NCBI GenBank assembly: GCA_030833525.1
Contig: JAURGZ010000005.1
Location: forward strand, 253 to 64,252
Reading direction: 5' to 3'
Origin: Bacteroidota bacterium
GTDB taxonomy: Bacteria; Bacteroidota; Bacteroidia; NS11-12g; UBA955
DNA: 64,000 nt
Made by a program: the position numbers and the translations under genes. Within the stretch, counting starts at the first letter, position 1; every line of letters begins with the position of its first letter. This document shows positions 38,530 through 49,134 of the stretch, piece by piece. The notes below the pieces were generated by a model. The model was not told the origin of the DNA. It saw nothing but the letters and a program-made list of their open reading frames with translations, and did not search any database.

Positions 38530-41500
38530 CAAGGCTGCCGATTGAGGTATTGATCCAAGGCCTGTTGATACGGCCAACTCAAGGGTAGCACGCTGCGTTG
38601 AAGGGCCTCTATTTCATCAAGCTTCTTTTTCAAAGGCAGGGCCCATTCTTCGGGAATCTCAACAGGCTGCTGCCTGGATTGCTCCCCTCTTCGCTGCTCA
38701 TCTTGCTGCTGCTTGCGCTCGCCTCGCTCATGCTCCAACAAACGCGTCAATATTTGTTGCTGCCTGAATTGCAGCTGAGAGCCCAGATTCCCATTGATGA
38801 TGTCTCTTTCTTGCTGCTCCATGAGTTGTTCGGCTTCGTGCAGCAATTGGGCCGAACCGGGGTCACCTGACTCAGCCGCCGCCTGCTTCAAGCGCTGAAT
38901 CTCACGGCGCAACTGCTCTTGCATCAAGGCCATTTGACCCAATTCTTGACTCAGTTGACGCTGACCCTGAGAACCGCTTTGCCCCTGCTGACCTTGCGAT
39001 TGCATTTGTTTGAGCTTCTCCCCCAAGGCTTTTTGGCTTTGGGACAAACCTTGACCCGGCTTGGGTTTGCCTTGCTGGCCGGGGCCTTGTTTGTTGGGGT
39101 TGCTGCAACTTTGAGAACCGCTTTTCTTTTGTTGCGAGGACATTTCTTGTTGCATATTCTGCATGCTTTCCATGAGCATGGCCGCCAAGGTATTGTAGGA
39201 ACTCATGACGAACTGCTCGTGCATGGCGGCCGTGCGTAAATCCCTCTTTTTCAAGGCCAATAGCCCCTGCTCCATGCGTCGATTGAGCTTGCTCATTTCG
39301 GCCGTCACAAAGCTGCCTATCATGGGCTGTCGGCGCGATAGGGCCATCAGAGAATCTTCAACCGAGGCGCTGAGTTCTTTGACTTCCATCTGCTGCTGAT
39401 TCAAGGCCAATGCCCTCGGATTTTCAGAAGACAAGGTCTGCAATTCGGTAAATATCGATTCTTGACGCTTGGACAAATCGATCAAATTCGCCAACAAGCG
39501 CCGCAGGGATTCGTAATCTTCTTTCATGCGTTCCTCTTGAGCCGACTCCATGCTCGATTGCAATTTCTGAGCTGCCTTTTTCATGTCTTCAGCCGCCGAC
39601 TGCTGTTGTTCTGAAGCCGATTTGGATTGCCCCTTCTCCAACTGCTTCTGCGCCGACTGGGCCTTTTGTTCAGCCGAACTCTGTTCCTGTTTGGGCGTTT
39701 CCAGGCCCAAGGGCTTTTCCAAGTCTGCGTCTCGTTGCTCTATCTCTTCGCTGCGTTGCTGAATTTGCTCCAAGGCATTGAGCTGCTGCTGGTGCGCCTC
39801 TTCCAAGGCCTGTTTCTCTTGTAGCGTTGACGCCTTTTGAGACTGTTCAGCCAAACGTTCTTCTTCCTTGGCCCAAGCCTGCATGGCATCTAATTGTTGC
39901 TCAACCATGCGCTCCAGCTGCAATTCTTTGATTTGCTCTTGAACATTTTGAAGTTGCTTTTGAATGTCCTGACGCATGCGGCTGATTTCTTGCATTTTCT
40001 GCCGCACTTGATCGGAATCAGCCTTTTGATTGAGCAATTCTTGCAACTCTTTCATGAGCTTTTCCAACTCTGCATTTTGTTTGAGTGCATTCAAACTTTC
40101 TTCTACCTGTTTTTTCCTGGCCTCGGTCTTCTGCGATTCAGTGGCGCCTTGAATTTCGAGTTTTCGCTGCTGCTCGGCCAACTTTTGAGTTTGTGTCTGC
40201 AGGTTCTTTTGTTCATTCAACCACTGTTGAACCGACTGACGCTTATCGGCATCCATGCCCGATTCTTGCATCAGGCTGCGCTGCAAATCAGCCGAGCGCT
40301 TTTGCAAGTCTCGTTGAGCCTGACTCGCGCTGCTCAGCCCCGATTCTACTTGCGCTTGCTTCTCCAACTGCCAAGCTTTCAGCTCTTCCACCTCGGGGAG
40401 TCGCAACACCAAAACAGGCGATTGCGCACACTGTTTGCCTCGAACCGAATTGTTATCGCAGGCCCGAGCCATGCATTGAATTTCTTCACCCGGGGCTAAC
40501 TGAAATTCAGAGGCCGCCAACGCACCCAACAAGGCCGCCGCTTGGTCTCGGTATTCTGTTTTCATGGGCCAAGGTTTGAAGTCTGCATCGCGAGGCCCTT
40601 TGACCCACAGACCGAGTTTAGTTATCGCCTGATCATCGCTAGCCCAAGCGCGCAAATACCACAAACCCGATTGACTGGGGTCTGCCTCAGACTCGAGTTG
40701 TACCAGAGGAGCCGCGTCTTGAATGACCCGAATATCGAGCAAAAGTGTATCGCTGCTTTGCCGCATTTTCCCATTGGCCGAACGACCCTTGACACAGTAT
40801 GACCACTGCTGGGACTCCAAAGCGGTGTGAGTGTACACGGCACGGCCGTTCAACAAGGACAGGCTTTGACCTTTGATCCAAAGTTGCTGAGCCTGCTTTC
40901 CCTCGACCTGCAACGACAGCTGAGAACCTTGAGGAACAAACACAACGCCTTGGGCAGGCCAATCGCTCTGCCGCTCACCTTTCCAATAGACTGGGTATTG
41001 CACTTTCAATTGAGCCGAAGCCAATGAGGGTGGACTCCAGACCTCTAGCCAATGGGCCTCTGATTCAAATTCACCGGCCACAAAAACCAATTCTGAAGAG
41101 GCCGAAAGTGGCCCTATATCCAGCACGAAGGAATCGGGACCAGCAGTCCTCATCAAGCGCTCTTGGCCCATCCAGCGGCAGCGAACCGAAGTGGGAATTT
41201 GCTGCCCCTTTAAGCTAAGCTCAACCGTATAAGACTGCCCGGCAACCAAACTCTTATCAGGAGAATGAAACACGAATTCGAAAGGCGCGGGGCGCTGAAA
41301 TGCTTGATTGTATTTCCATATGCGAGCGGCACTTTCTGCCAATCGGGCCGAATCCAAGACAAACCAAAGCCCGAGCATCAAACAGGCCAAACCCAATCGC
41401 CAGGCCCACTTGCGAAATGCCGCGGGGTTCAACACTTCCCAAAATGAAACAGAACCCATGGCCAGGGACCGCTGTTCAATGGCTGCCTCCAGCCACTCAC

Positions 41501-41873
41501 TGGCGCCCGCCGTTTCTCGCAACTGCAGCAAATTCAGCAACTTGTCTTGGACCTCAGGATAAAAATTTCCAATCTCTGCCGCCGCTTGCTCCCGGCTCAT
41601 GCGAGCCAACCAAGCTCGGGACTGAGCATAGGGCCTTGCCCACCATACCAACGCTGAGAGCAGCAACAATGAAAGACCGGCATACCAAAAAAGGGTTCGC
41701 CAGGTGCTCGACATCCACTGCCAATGTTCCCAATAGGCCAACACCAAAAAACCAGCCACACTCGCCAGGCTCCAACGCAACAAGCCCTTCCAAAAAAGCT
41801 GTTCGTAGCGCTTAAGGATGTAGGCGTCCAGCTTTTGCTCGATGGAGTTCAATGGAGTCCCTGCCGGCTTCAT
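38529..41873 (-). CDS. Large (1114 aa) membrane-anchored Gln/Glu-rich coiled-coil protein of unknown function (possibly DUF4175-like)
   Basis: Three N-terminal TM helices. ~300-aa globular segment. ~550 aa of heptad-like Q/E/K/L-rich sequence with a G/Q/S low-complexity linker. Distinct C-terminal segment. 4-nt overlap with the upstream gene and TGATG overlap with the downstream gene. Confidence 0.75.
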   Translation of the reverse strand: MKPAGTPLNSIEQKLDAYILKRYEQLFWKGLLRWSLASVAGFLVLAYWEHWQWMSSTWRTLFWYAGLSLLLLSALVWWARPYAQSRAWLARMSREQAAAEIGNFYPEVQDKLLNLLQLRETAGASEWLEAAIEQRSLAMGSVSFWEVLNPAAFRKWAWRLGLACLMLGLWFVLDSARLAESAARIWKYNQAFQRPAPFEFVFHSPDKSLVAGQSYTVELSLKGQQIPTSVRCRWMGQERLMRTAGPDSFVLDIGPLSASSELVFVAGEFESEAHWLEVWSPPSLASAQLKVQYPVYWKGERQSDWPAQGVVFVPQGSQLSLQVEGKQAQQLWIKGQSLSLLNGRAVYTHTALESQQWSYCVKGRSANGKMRQSSDTLLLDIRVIQDAAPLVQLESEADPSQSGLWYLRAWASDDQAITKLGLWVKGPRDADFKPWPMKTEYRDQAAALLGALAASEFQLAPGEEIQCMARACDNNSVRGKQCAQSPVLVLRLPEVEELKAWQLEKQAQVESGLSSASQAQRDLQKRSADLQRSLMQESGMDADKRQSVQQWLNEQKNLQTQTQKLAEQQRKLEIQGATESQKTEARKKQVEESLNALKQNAELEKLMKELQELLNQKADSDQVRQKMQEISRMRQDIQKQLQNVQEQIKELQLERMVEQQLDAMQAWAKEEERLAEQSQKASTLQEKQALEEAHQQQLNALEQIQQRSEEIEQRDADLEKPLGLETPKQEQSSAEQKAQSAQKQLEKGQSKSASEQQQSAAEDMKKAAQKLQSSMESAQEERMKEDYESLRRLLANLIDLSKRQESIFTELQTLSSENPRALALNQQQMEVKELSASVEDSLMALSRRQPMIGSFVTAEMSKLNRRMEQGLLALKKRDLRTAAMHEQFVMSSYNTLAAMLMESMQNMQQEMSSQQKKSGSQSCSNPNKQGPGQQGKPKPGQGLSQSQKALGEKLKQMQSQGQQGQSGSQGQRQLSQELGQMALMQEQLRREIQRLKQAAAESGDPGSAQLLHEAEQLMEQQERDIINGNLGSQLQFRQQQILTRLLEHERGERKQQQDEQRRGEQSRQQPVEIPEEWALPLKKKLDEIEALQRSVLPLSWPYQQALDQYLNRQP

Positions 41874-42631
41874 TTGGATAAAGGTAAAGCAAAATCAGGC
41901 ACCCCGTTTTCCCTCAATCGACGAACGGCGTTGTCAAGCGATATACCCGCGGCCATGGCGGCATTCAAACTTTCTGCCTGACCCCATTGGGGAATGGTAA
42001 AGCGGTGCAAGCGGGTCAATCCCTCGGCCTGGCGAATGCCATGCGATTCGCTGCCAATGAGCAGCACACAAGGATCTTCAAACGGGGTTTCGTACAGCGC
42101 GGTTCCCTCTAAAAATGCACCAAAAACACGAGCATCCTGGAAGGTTTCGATCAAGTCACAGTACACCACATCGACCCTCAAAAAAGAACCCATGCTGGCG
42201 GCAATGCACTTGGCGTTGTAAGCGTCAACCGTATCATGGGAAGCTACAATTTGCGATAATCCGTACCAATCGGCCAACCGTATCAACGTCCCCAAATTGC
42301 CGGGATCCGAGAGCCCGTCAACAGCCAAGGTCAAGGGGGCTTTTGCATTCCAATCGGCCTGGGGCTTGAGATCTAAAACCGCCATGACTCCCGGCGTTGT
42401 GTCAAATTGACTCAAGCGTTTCATCTCAGCATCGGGAATGATCTCAAAGGCCGAAGTCAAGCCCTGTCTGGATGCGTAGGATTCACTGGCCAATAAGGCC
42501 TCCAATCGGCAACCGCTGTGGATTACTTCGTCGACCACCTTGCGCCCCTCCACAGTGAATAGCCCATATTTTTGTCGATACTTGGACATTCGCAGCGAGG
42601 CGTACAGTTTCAATTTGGCAGCAGATGGCAT
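41870..42631 (-). CDS. SpoU/TrmH family RNA 2-prime-O-methyltransferase
   Basis: SPOUT motifs LAVDGLSDPGNLGTLIRLADWYG and LLIGSESHGI...FTIPQWGQAESLNAAMAAGI. Start may be the internal MSKYRQ (42589), which would remove the overlap with the divergent Omp85 gene. Confidence 0.75.
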   Translation of the reverse strand: MPSAAKLKLYASLRMSKYRQKYGLFTVEGRKVVDEVIHSGCRLEALLASESYASRQGLTSAFEIIPDAEMKRLSQFDTTPGVMAVLDLKPQADWNAKAPLTLAVDGLSDPGNLGTLIRLADWYGLSQIVASHDTVDAYNAKCIAASMGSFLRVDVVYCDLIETFQDARVFGAFLEGTALYETPFEDPCVLLIGSESHGIRQAEGLTRLHRFTIPQWGQAESLNAAMAAGISLDNAVRRLRENGVPDFALPLSK

Positions 42632-45006
42632 GGCAGCGACACAAATATCAACGAATTCTAGCCTATCTGCTACTTTTTGGAGTGTGGATCCTCAGCGGAT
42701 GCGGTGTAAAACGCTGCATTCCCGATGGCAATTTGCTGCTAACCCAGAATCACATTACGCTGGTGGGCAATGACAACAGCCCGTTTCGCCCCGACAAAGA
42801 ACAGCTCAGTGCTCAAATATTGCACCGGCCCAACAAACGGGTATTCTTCAACAAACTCCCCATTTACCTGTGGTTTTACGCCTTGGGATACGACGCCAAA
42901 GACACGGCTAAAATGAACCAAACTCCTTGGCGCAAACGATTGGTTTACCGCATGGGAGAAGAACCGGTATTGGTCGACAAAGGATTGGCTCAACTCTCGG
43001 CCAACAACATTCGAAATTACTTGTTCAACAAAGGCTTTTTCGATGCACAGGTGGGTTATTCCATCGACCTTCAAGGGCATAAGGGCCAGGTTCGCTACCA
43101 CGTATACTCGGGCATTCCTTACCGCATCAACTCGGTATTTCAGAACAGTGCAGACAGCTTGATGGTTCCGTTGTTGGACAGTTTGGTTCAGGGTACGAAT
43201 GCCTTTCGCCTGTGGTGGCCTAGCGATTTGAATCGTTTCAAAGAAGCTCGGGAGTCTTTGAGTGCACAACTGCGTGACCTCGGTTACTATGGGCTGCAAG
43301 CCTCAGTGTTTCGCTACGAGATCGACACCCTGTTTGCCGAGAAAGAAGCGAAGATCACCTTGTACATGGACGGGAACCCTTCGGGAAAAGCCTACCAACC
43401 CTGGACCATGGGAGGCGTGCACCTCGAAATCCAATGCCCCGATGACTATGCCCTCAACCCCATTTACCACGAATGGGCACACTTGGGTGCACAGCATTAC
43501 AAAATGAATCACTACCCCTTGAAACCCTACGTGCTGCGCAGGGTCATTCAAGTCGACAGCGGGCAGAGGTATTCGCAAACGCGCATCAACCAAACCTACC
43601 GAGGATTGGTTGACATGGGTTTATTCTCCTATGTTGACATGCGCCTAGAACCCGACACCGCCACCCATACGCTGACCTTGCGCATTCAAGCCCAGGCCCT
43701 GCCCCGAATCAGATGGATGGTAGAACCCCAGATGCTGTACAGCCCCCAAGGCAGTTCGGGAACCAACTTCACCACCTCCACCCAACGCAGTTTTGGCCTG
43801 GCCGGCATCATGTCATTCAACAACCTCAACGCCATGGGGAACGGCGAACAATTGAGGCTTTCGGCCCTCACTTCGTTCGAGGCGATTTTCAAACGAAATG
43901 ACCTGGGCAATTTTGCTTATGGCTTGCAACAAGGATTTTCAGCCTCCATGACCGTTCCCAGCTTTCAGTTGCTGGACAAGGCATTGGCTAAACAAACATA
44001 CGAGCGCAAAAACACCGTCTTCAGCCTCAGTTATCAAACCGAAAGCAACCCCAACTTCTTGCGAACCTCGCTGCCAGCCTCAGTTTCCCTGCAGTTCATT
44101 CGGCCCAATTTCAGCTGGTATTACACCCCCCTCGAATTCAGCTACAACCAAAACGAATTGGACCCTGCCTTTTTGCCCCAGTTGAGCCAGTTGGACCAAG
44201 AATTTGTGCGTCGGGTTTTCACCGACCAATTGATCACGGCCTCCAAGGTGGGCTTCGTTTACTCCAACAACCAAGACAAGCCCGGTCAGAGTTACTTTTT
44301 TTCGCGCCTGGGAGTAGAGACCAGCGGCAATCTTCACCGCTTGGGTCGATACTGGTTTGAGCCCAATTACAACCCCGATTCCAGTTACCAATTCTTTGGT
44401 GTGAATTATTTCCAATACGCGAAAGTGGGTGCTGAAATTCGAGTGCGTCACCACATTGACGAACTCAACACCATTGCTGTGCGCCTCAACGGGGGCTTGG
44501 CCCTTCCCTATTGGAATTCAGATGTAGTACCTTACGACAAGCGCTATTTCATTGGCGGCTCTAACAGCCTAAGGGCCTGGCAGCCCCGGCGTTTAGGACC
44601 GGGAGCCACTCCCGAATCGGTGGGAAGTTTGATCGATCGTTCAGGCGAATTGCTGTTGGAAGCATCGATTGAATATCGCTTCGGGGTGATCAAAAACTTC
44701 CTGGAAAGTGCCCTGTTTTTGGACGCAGGAAACATTTGGAATTTGAGCGCAGCCGGGGTTTCCAACCCCGATTACGGAATCTTCAACCGAAACACGGCCT
44801 TGTCTGAGGTCGCCCTCAACACCGGCATTGGCTTTCGCTTTGATGTCGAAATTTTCATGTTTCGCTTGGATTGGGGCATACCCATTCGAGACCCCAGCAA
44901 AAACCCCGATCAGCGTTGGGTCATGAAGCAAATTCCCCAAGACGGCATAGGCACCTGGACCGTCAAAGAGACGGCCGTGGCCATTGGCATAGGATACCCT
45001 TTTTAA
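42625..45006 (+). CDS. Omp85 (BamA/TamA) family outer-membrane protein
   Basis: 793 aa. Lipoprotein-like signal LSGCG. POTRA-like N-terminal region. C-terminal beta-barrel ending ...VAIGIGYPF (terminal Phe). Confidence 0.8.
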   Translation: MAWQRHKYQRILAYLLLFGVWILSGCGVKRCIPDGNLLLTQNHITLVGNDNSPFRPDKEQLSAQILHRPNKRVFFNKLPIYLWFYALGYDAKDTAKMNQTPWRKRLVYRMGEEPVLVDKGLAQLSANNIRNYLFNKGFFDAQVGYSIDLQGHKGQVRYHVYSGIPYRINSVFQNSADSLMVPLLDSLVQGTNAFRLWWPSDLNRFKEARESLSAQLRDLGYYGLQASVFRYEIDTLFAEKEAKITLYMDGNPSGKAYQPWTMGGVHLEIQCPDDYALNPIYHEWAHLGAQHYKMNHYPLKPYVLRRVIQVDSGQRYSQTRINQTYRGLVDMGLFSYVDMRLEPDTATHTLTLRIQAQALPRIRWMVEPQMLYSPQGSSGTNFTTSTQRSFGLAGIMSFNNLNAMGNGEQLRLSALTSFEAIFKRNDLGNFAYGLQQGFSASMTVPSFQLLDKALAKQTYERKNTVFSLSYQTESNPNFLRTSLPASVSLQFIRPNFSWYYTPLEFSYNQNELDPAFLPQLSQLDQEFVRRVFTDQLITASKVGFVYSNNQDKPGQSYFFSRLGVETSGNLHRLGRYWFEPNYNPDSSYQFFGVNYFQYAKVGAEIRVRHHIDELNTIAVRLNGGLALPYWNSDVVPYDKRYFIGGSNSLRAWQPRRLGPGATPESVGSLIDRSGELLLEASIEYRFGVIKNFLESALFLDAGNIWNLSAAGVSNPDYGIFNRNTALSEVALNTGIGFRFDVEIFMFRLDWGIPIRDPSKNPDQRWVMKQIPQDGIGTWTVKETAVAIGIGYPF

Positions 45007-45112
45007 CCCTTCTAGGGCCTATTTCAGCTGCGGTCAACTTGACCCTAGAAGTGGCATCGCAAGGGCTCACAGCCGGTGCAAAGGGGGAACAGAATCGCCT
45101 TATCTTTGCCCC

Positions 45113-45892
45113 ATGCGTTTGATGCTTCTCTTGCCCCTTACCCTGATGATGGAGGCTTGCGCCAGTTTTGTTGGCAAAATCAATGTATTTCCCGTTCAAT
45201 ACGATGCTCAATTGGGCGCCGAAGTGGCCCGCAACATCGACTCGACCAACGCGGCCATTTTGATGGATTCAGCCCAAAATGCTGAATTGTATGCCTACTT
45301 GTATGGCATTCGCGATTCCATTCTGAAAACGGGTCAGTTGGAGCACGCCCAAGATTTCACTTGGCGTCTGCGCATTTTGAACGACAGCACGTTAAACGCT
45401 TTCTGCACCCCCGGCGGATACATCTATTTCTACACAGGATTGATGCGTTACCTGGAAAGCGAAGACCAGCTCGCCGGTGTTATGGCCCACGAAATGGCCC
45501 ACGCAGACAAACGACACTCAACCGATGCCCTTACCCGCCAATTTGGAACCGACATTTTGATTTCCCTGGTATTGGGCGGTGCCCAGCCTTCGATGTTGGT
45601 TCAAATCGCCAACGGCTTAACCCACCTCTCATACGGACGGAGCGCGGAAACAGAATCAGACATTTCGAGCGTAGATTGGCTATACAAAACCGCCTATAAC
45701 CCCGTGGGTGCGGCTGGCTTTTTCCAAAAGATGTTGGAAAACGGAGGCCAAGAACCTCCCCAGTTCTTGAGCACACACCCCAATAGCGACAACCGAGTGG
45801 AAGACATGAACGAGCATTGGAAAAGCTTGGGTGGCAAAACAGGCGCTACCTTTGAGGAACGCTATCAGCAAAAACTCAAACTCATCCCCTAA
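45113..45892 (+). CDS. M48 family zinc metallopeptidase lipoprotein
   Basis: HEMAHADKRH (HExxH) and downstream Glu/Asp ligand region; lipobox MMEAC. Confidence 0.8.
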   Translation: MRLMLLLPLTLMMEACASFVGKINVFPVQYDAQLGAEVARNIDSTNAAILMDSAQNAELYAYLYGIRDSILKTGQLEHAQDFTWRLRILNDSTLNAFCTPGGYIYFYTGLMRYLESEDQLAGVMAHEMAHADKRHSTDALTRQFGTDILISLVLGGAQPSMLVQIANGLTHLSYGRSAETESDISSVDWLYKTAYNPVGAAGFFQKMLENGGQEPPQFLSTHPNSDNRVEDMNEHWKSLGGKTGATFEERYQQKLKLIP

Positions 45893-45897
45893 TCGGC

Positions 45898-46401
45898 ATG
45901 TTGCGCTTGGTGGTTTGGATCATCTTTCTTTCTGCACTAGGCCTGAAGGCCCAGGTGGAAAGCGCGGGGTCTGACAGCTCGGTGCAAACTTCGACCTCAG
46001 TCGATGTAGCCTCTGTTCAACGCCTACTCAACGAAGCGTATTTGCACATGCGTGTACCCTATATGTATGGCGGCAAAAGCCCCCGCGGCTTTGATTGCTC
46101 TGGCTTTGTAGGCTACTGCTTTGGGCAAACCCTTCAACAAGACATGCCTCAGCGTTCAGCCGATTACATGGATTTTGGACAAGAAATTTCCTTGATGGAT
46201 TGCCGTCCCGGTGACATCATTTGCTTCAATGGCCGCAGCATCAACCGCATCATTGGCCACGTAGGCATCATTGTCGATGGCCACAGTGATAACCCCCTTT
46301 TCATACATGCATCCACCTCACAGGGTGTACGGGTGGATGCATTGAAATCTCCTTATTTCGAACCCCGTTTTGTGGGGGTTCGCCGGGTTATTCAGCCTTA
46401 G
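45898..46401 (+). CDS. NlpC/P60 (C40) family peptidoglycan peptidase
   Basis: YMYGGKSPRGFDCSGFVGYCF catalytic Cys motif, GHVGIIVDG His motif. Signal peptide. Confidence 0.8.
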   Translation: MLRLVVWIIFLSALGLKAQVESAGSDSSVQTSTSVDVASVQRLLNEAYLHMRVPYMYGGKSPRGFDCSGFVGYCFGQTLQQDMPQRSADYMDFGQEISLMDCRPGDIICFNGRSINRIIGHVGIIVDGHSDNPLFIHASTSQGVRVDALKSPYFEPRFVGVRRVIQP

Positions 46402-48910
46402 GCTCGTCGTCTGATTTTCCTTTTTTAGCTCGAGTTGCTTTGGGCTTGACCACACTCAGGGTCAATTCTTCGGCTTCTGCTTTGCGATCGACCTGAATGG
46501 TATCGCCTTCTTTCAGCGTTCCCTGAAGCACTTGTTCGGCCAAGGGCTCCTCCAGGTATTTCTGAAGGGCGCGCTGCAAGGGGCGAGCCCCAAAATCAGG
46601 ATCAAAACCTTTGTCTGCCAAGAATTCTTTAGCGGCATCGGTTAAGTTTACGCTGTAGCCCAGGTTAGAAATGCGCTTGAGCATTTTGGCCATACGCACG
46701 TCCAGAATCTGAACAATCTCTTTCTTATCCAAAGAGTTAAAGATGATCAAATCATCGATGCGGTTCAAAAACTCAGGCGAGAAGAACTTGCGTATCTGGG
46801 ATTCGATGACCATTTTGGACTCTTTCTCACGGCTTTCTTGCTTGTTTGTAGTTCCAAATCCTACCCCAGTTCCAAAATCTTTCAATTGACGGGAACCGAT
46901 GTTAGAGGTCATGATGATAACGGTATTTCGAAAATCAATTTTGCGGCCCAAGGAGTCGGTCATTTGACCTTCATCTAAAGCTTGCAACAACAAATTGAAC
47001 ACATCGGGGTGCGCCTTTTCAACCTCGTCGAACAAGACCACGCTATAGGGTTTGCGGCGAACTTTTTCGGTCAACATACCGCCTTCTTCGTACCCTACGT
47101 AGCCTGGAGGGGCCCCCACCAAACGGCTTACCGCAAATTTCTCCATGAACTCGCTCATGTCGATGCGAATCATGGCATCGTCGCTATCGAATAAAAACTC
47201 AGACAGGGCTTTGGCCATCTCCGTTTTACCTACACCGGTAGGGCCCAAGAAAATAAATGAGCCTATGGGGCGATTGGGTTCTTTGAAGCCTGCACGTGTG
47301 CGTTGAATGGTCTTGGCCAACTTCTCAATGGCTTTGTCTTGGCCTACTACACGGGCCTTCAGAATCTCACCCATCTGCAGAAGTCGCTTGCCTTCGCTTT
47401 CCGTCATTCGCTTCACGGGAATGCCCGTCATCATGGAAATCACGGCGGCTATGTCTTCTTCCCCGACGGCAAATCGCTTGTCGCGGGAGCTGTTCTCCCA
47501 TTCGGCTTTGGCAATATCGAGCTGTTCGAGGTACTTCTTTTCTTTGTCGCGCAGACGAGCGGCTTCTTCGAAGTTTTGGCTCTTGACTACCTTGTTTTTC
47601 TCTTCCTTGATGCCTTCTATTTGGGCTTCCAATTCCAATATTTCACTGGGCACGTGAATGTTGGAAATGTGCACGCGCGCTCCCGATTCATCCAAAATGT
47701 CAATGGCCTTGTCGGGCAAATGGCGATCGCTCATGTAACGCACGCTCAATTCCACACAAGCCTTGATGGCATCGTCGCTGTATTGAACCCCGTGGTGATC
47801 CTCGTAACGGGCTTTGATGTTGTGCAAAATTTCAACCGTTTCTTCGGCTGAGGCGGGCTCGATCAATACCATCTGGAAACGGCGCTCCAGAGCTCCATCT
47901 TTTTCGATGTACTGGCGGTACTCATCTAAGGTAGTGGCTCCAATGCATTGAATTTCGCCACGGGCCAAAGCCGGCTTGAACATATTGCTCGCATCCAGAG
48001 AGCCAGAGGCCCCGCCAGCGCCAACGATGGTGTGAATCTCGTCGATGAACAAAATGACATCATCTGCCTTTTCCAGCTCCATCATCAGGGCTTTCATACG
48101 CTCCTCGAATTGACCGCGGTACTTGGTTCCGGCTACCATAGAAGCTATGTCCAAGCTCACCACTCGCTTGTTGAAAAGCACCCGGCTCACCTTTCGCTGA
48201 ACAATGCGCAGTGCCAAACCTTCGGCGATGGCTGTTTTACCCACACCGGGCTCCCCGATCAGAACAGGATTGTTTTTCTTGCGGCGGCTCAGCACCTGGC
48301 TCACTCGCTCGATTTCTTTTTCGCGTCCCACGATGGGATCCAACTTGCCCTCTTCGGCAGACTTGGTCAAATCGCGACCGAAATTATCCAAAACCGGGGT
48401 TTTGGTTTTGCTCTTTCCTCGGGTAGCCTCTTTCTGACGCTGTTCTTCGCGGTAGAAATCTTCTGGGGTGTCTTGATCATCATTGGGCAATTCCCCTTTG
48501 ATGCTATCAACTCCTTCTTCGAGTGCCGCTTTGAACACATCATAGTTGACCCCGTATTGGTTCAAAACCTTCGAGGCCATGTTGTCTTCGTCGCGCAATA
48601 TGGAAAGCAACAAATGCTCGGTACCAATCAAATCGGTTTTGAAAATTTTAGCCTCCAAATACGTAATCTTCAAAGCTTTCTCAGCCTGCTTGGTCAAGGG
48701 TATATTGCCCAAGTTGGCCGTTTTCAAAGCCGTTGTTTTGATGGCATCCTCAATGCTCTTTTTCAAGCGCAAGGTATCGATGTCCAGGATTTTTATGGTT
48801 TGAATGGCTTTGCCTTCGCCCTCTCGAATGAGACCCAACAACAGGTGTTCACACCCAATGTAATCGTGCCCCAGTCGTATGGCCTCTTCGCGGCTGAATT
48901 GGATCACTTC
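46388..48910 (-). CDS. clpC: ATP-dependent Clp protease ATP-binding subunit ClpC-like (double AAA+ with UVR/middle domain)
   Basis: Start reset to [12 protein letters not shown] (48910). Two Clp N-repeats. Walker [16 protein letters not shown] and [17 protein letters not shown]-like [24 protein letters not shown]. Confidence 0.9.
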   Translation of the reverse strand, partial: EVIQFSREEAIRLGHDYIGCEHLLLGLIREGEGKAIQTIKILDIDTLRLKKSIEDAIKTTALKTANLGNIPLTKQAEKALKITYLEAKIFKTDLIGTEHLLLSILRDEDNMASKVLNQYGVNYDVFKAALEEGVDSIKGELPNDDQDTPEDFYREEQRQKEATRGKSKTKTPVLDNFGRDLTKSAEEGKLDPIVGREKEIERVSQVLSRRKKNNPVLIGEPGVGKTAIAEGLALRIVQRKVSRVLFNKRVVSLDIASMVAGTKYRGQFEERMKALMMELEKADDVILFIDEIHTIVGAGGASGSLDASNMFKPALARGEIQCIGATTLDEYRQYIEKDGALERRFQMVLIEPASAEETVEILHNIKARYEDHHGVQYSDDAIKACVELSVRYMSDRHLPDKAIDILDESGARVHISNIHVPSEILELEAQIEGIKEEKNKVVKSQNFEEAARLRDKEKKYLEQLDIAKAEWENSSRDKRFAVGEEDIAAVISMMTGIPVKRMTESEGKRLLQMGEILKARVVGQDKAIEKLAKTIQRTRAGFKEPNRPIGSFIFLGPTGVGKTEMAKALSEFLFDSDDAMIRIDMSEFMEKFAVSRLVGAPPGYVGYEEGGMLTEKVRRKPYSVVLFDEVEKAHPDVFNLLLQALDEGQMTDSLGRKIDFRNTVIIMTSNIGSRQLKDFGTGVGFGTTNKQESREKESKMVIESQIRKFFSPEFLNRIDDLIIFNSLDKKEIVQILDVRMAKMLKRISNLGYSVNLTDAAKEFLADKGFDPDFGARPLQRALQKYLEEPLAEQVLQGTLKEGDTIQVDRKAEAEELTLSVVKPKATRAKKGKSDDEPKAE

Positions 48911-49134
48911 TTTGACCCTAGGAGAAAATTTGGCTTCCATGCGTTGATTCAAATGTAAATAGGAACAAGCATCTTGGCTGAGGCAATAACGCACAACAGA
49001 CCCAGATGTATGCTGCGCCAAACAATACCAAAGCTGTGCCAACTTATGCACGCGTTCTTCACGACCCCTGTTAACAAATTTTCAGCCTGCCAAACTGACG
49101 CAATTCAGGCGCTATGTCATTACTTTGAAAGACT

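Noticed and set aside
39894-40579. Leu/Gln-rich antisense ORFs (201 and 164 aa) opposite the giant coiled-coil gene, and similar antisense ORFs inside clpC (47303..47851, 47948..48958), fadD, the MMPL gene and ftsI
   Set aside because: These are shadow ORFs created by the codon-repeat composition of the sense gene (CAG/CTG mirror). Low-complexity translations, no starts with signal or context, and fully embedded in strongly supported genes.
45007-45112. Inverted repeat cttctaggg...ccctagaag with a ~24-nt loop between the Omp85 and M48 genes
   Set aside because: The loop is long and there is no flanking T-run. It is insufficient by itself to call a regulatory RNA element. Left unannotated.
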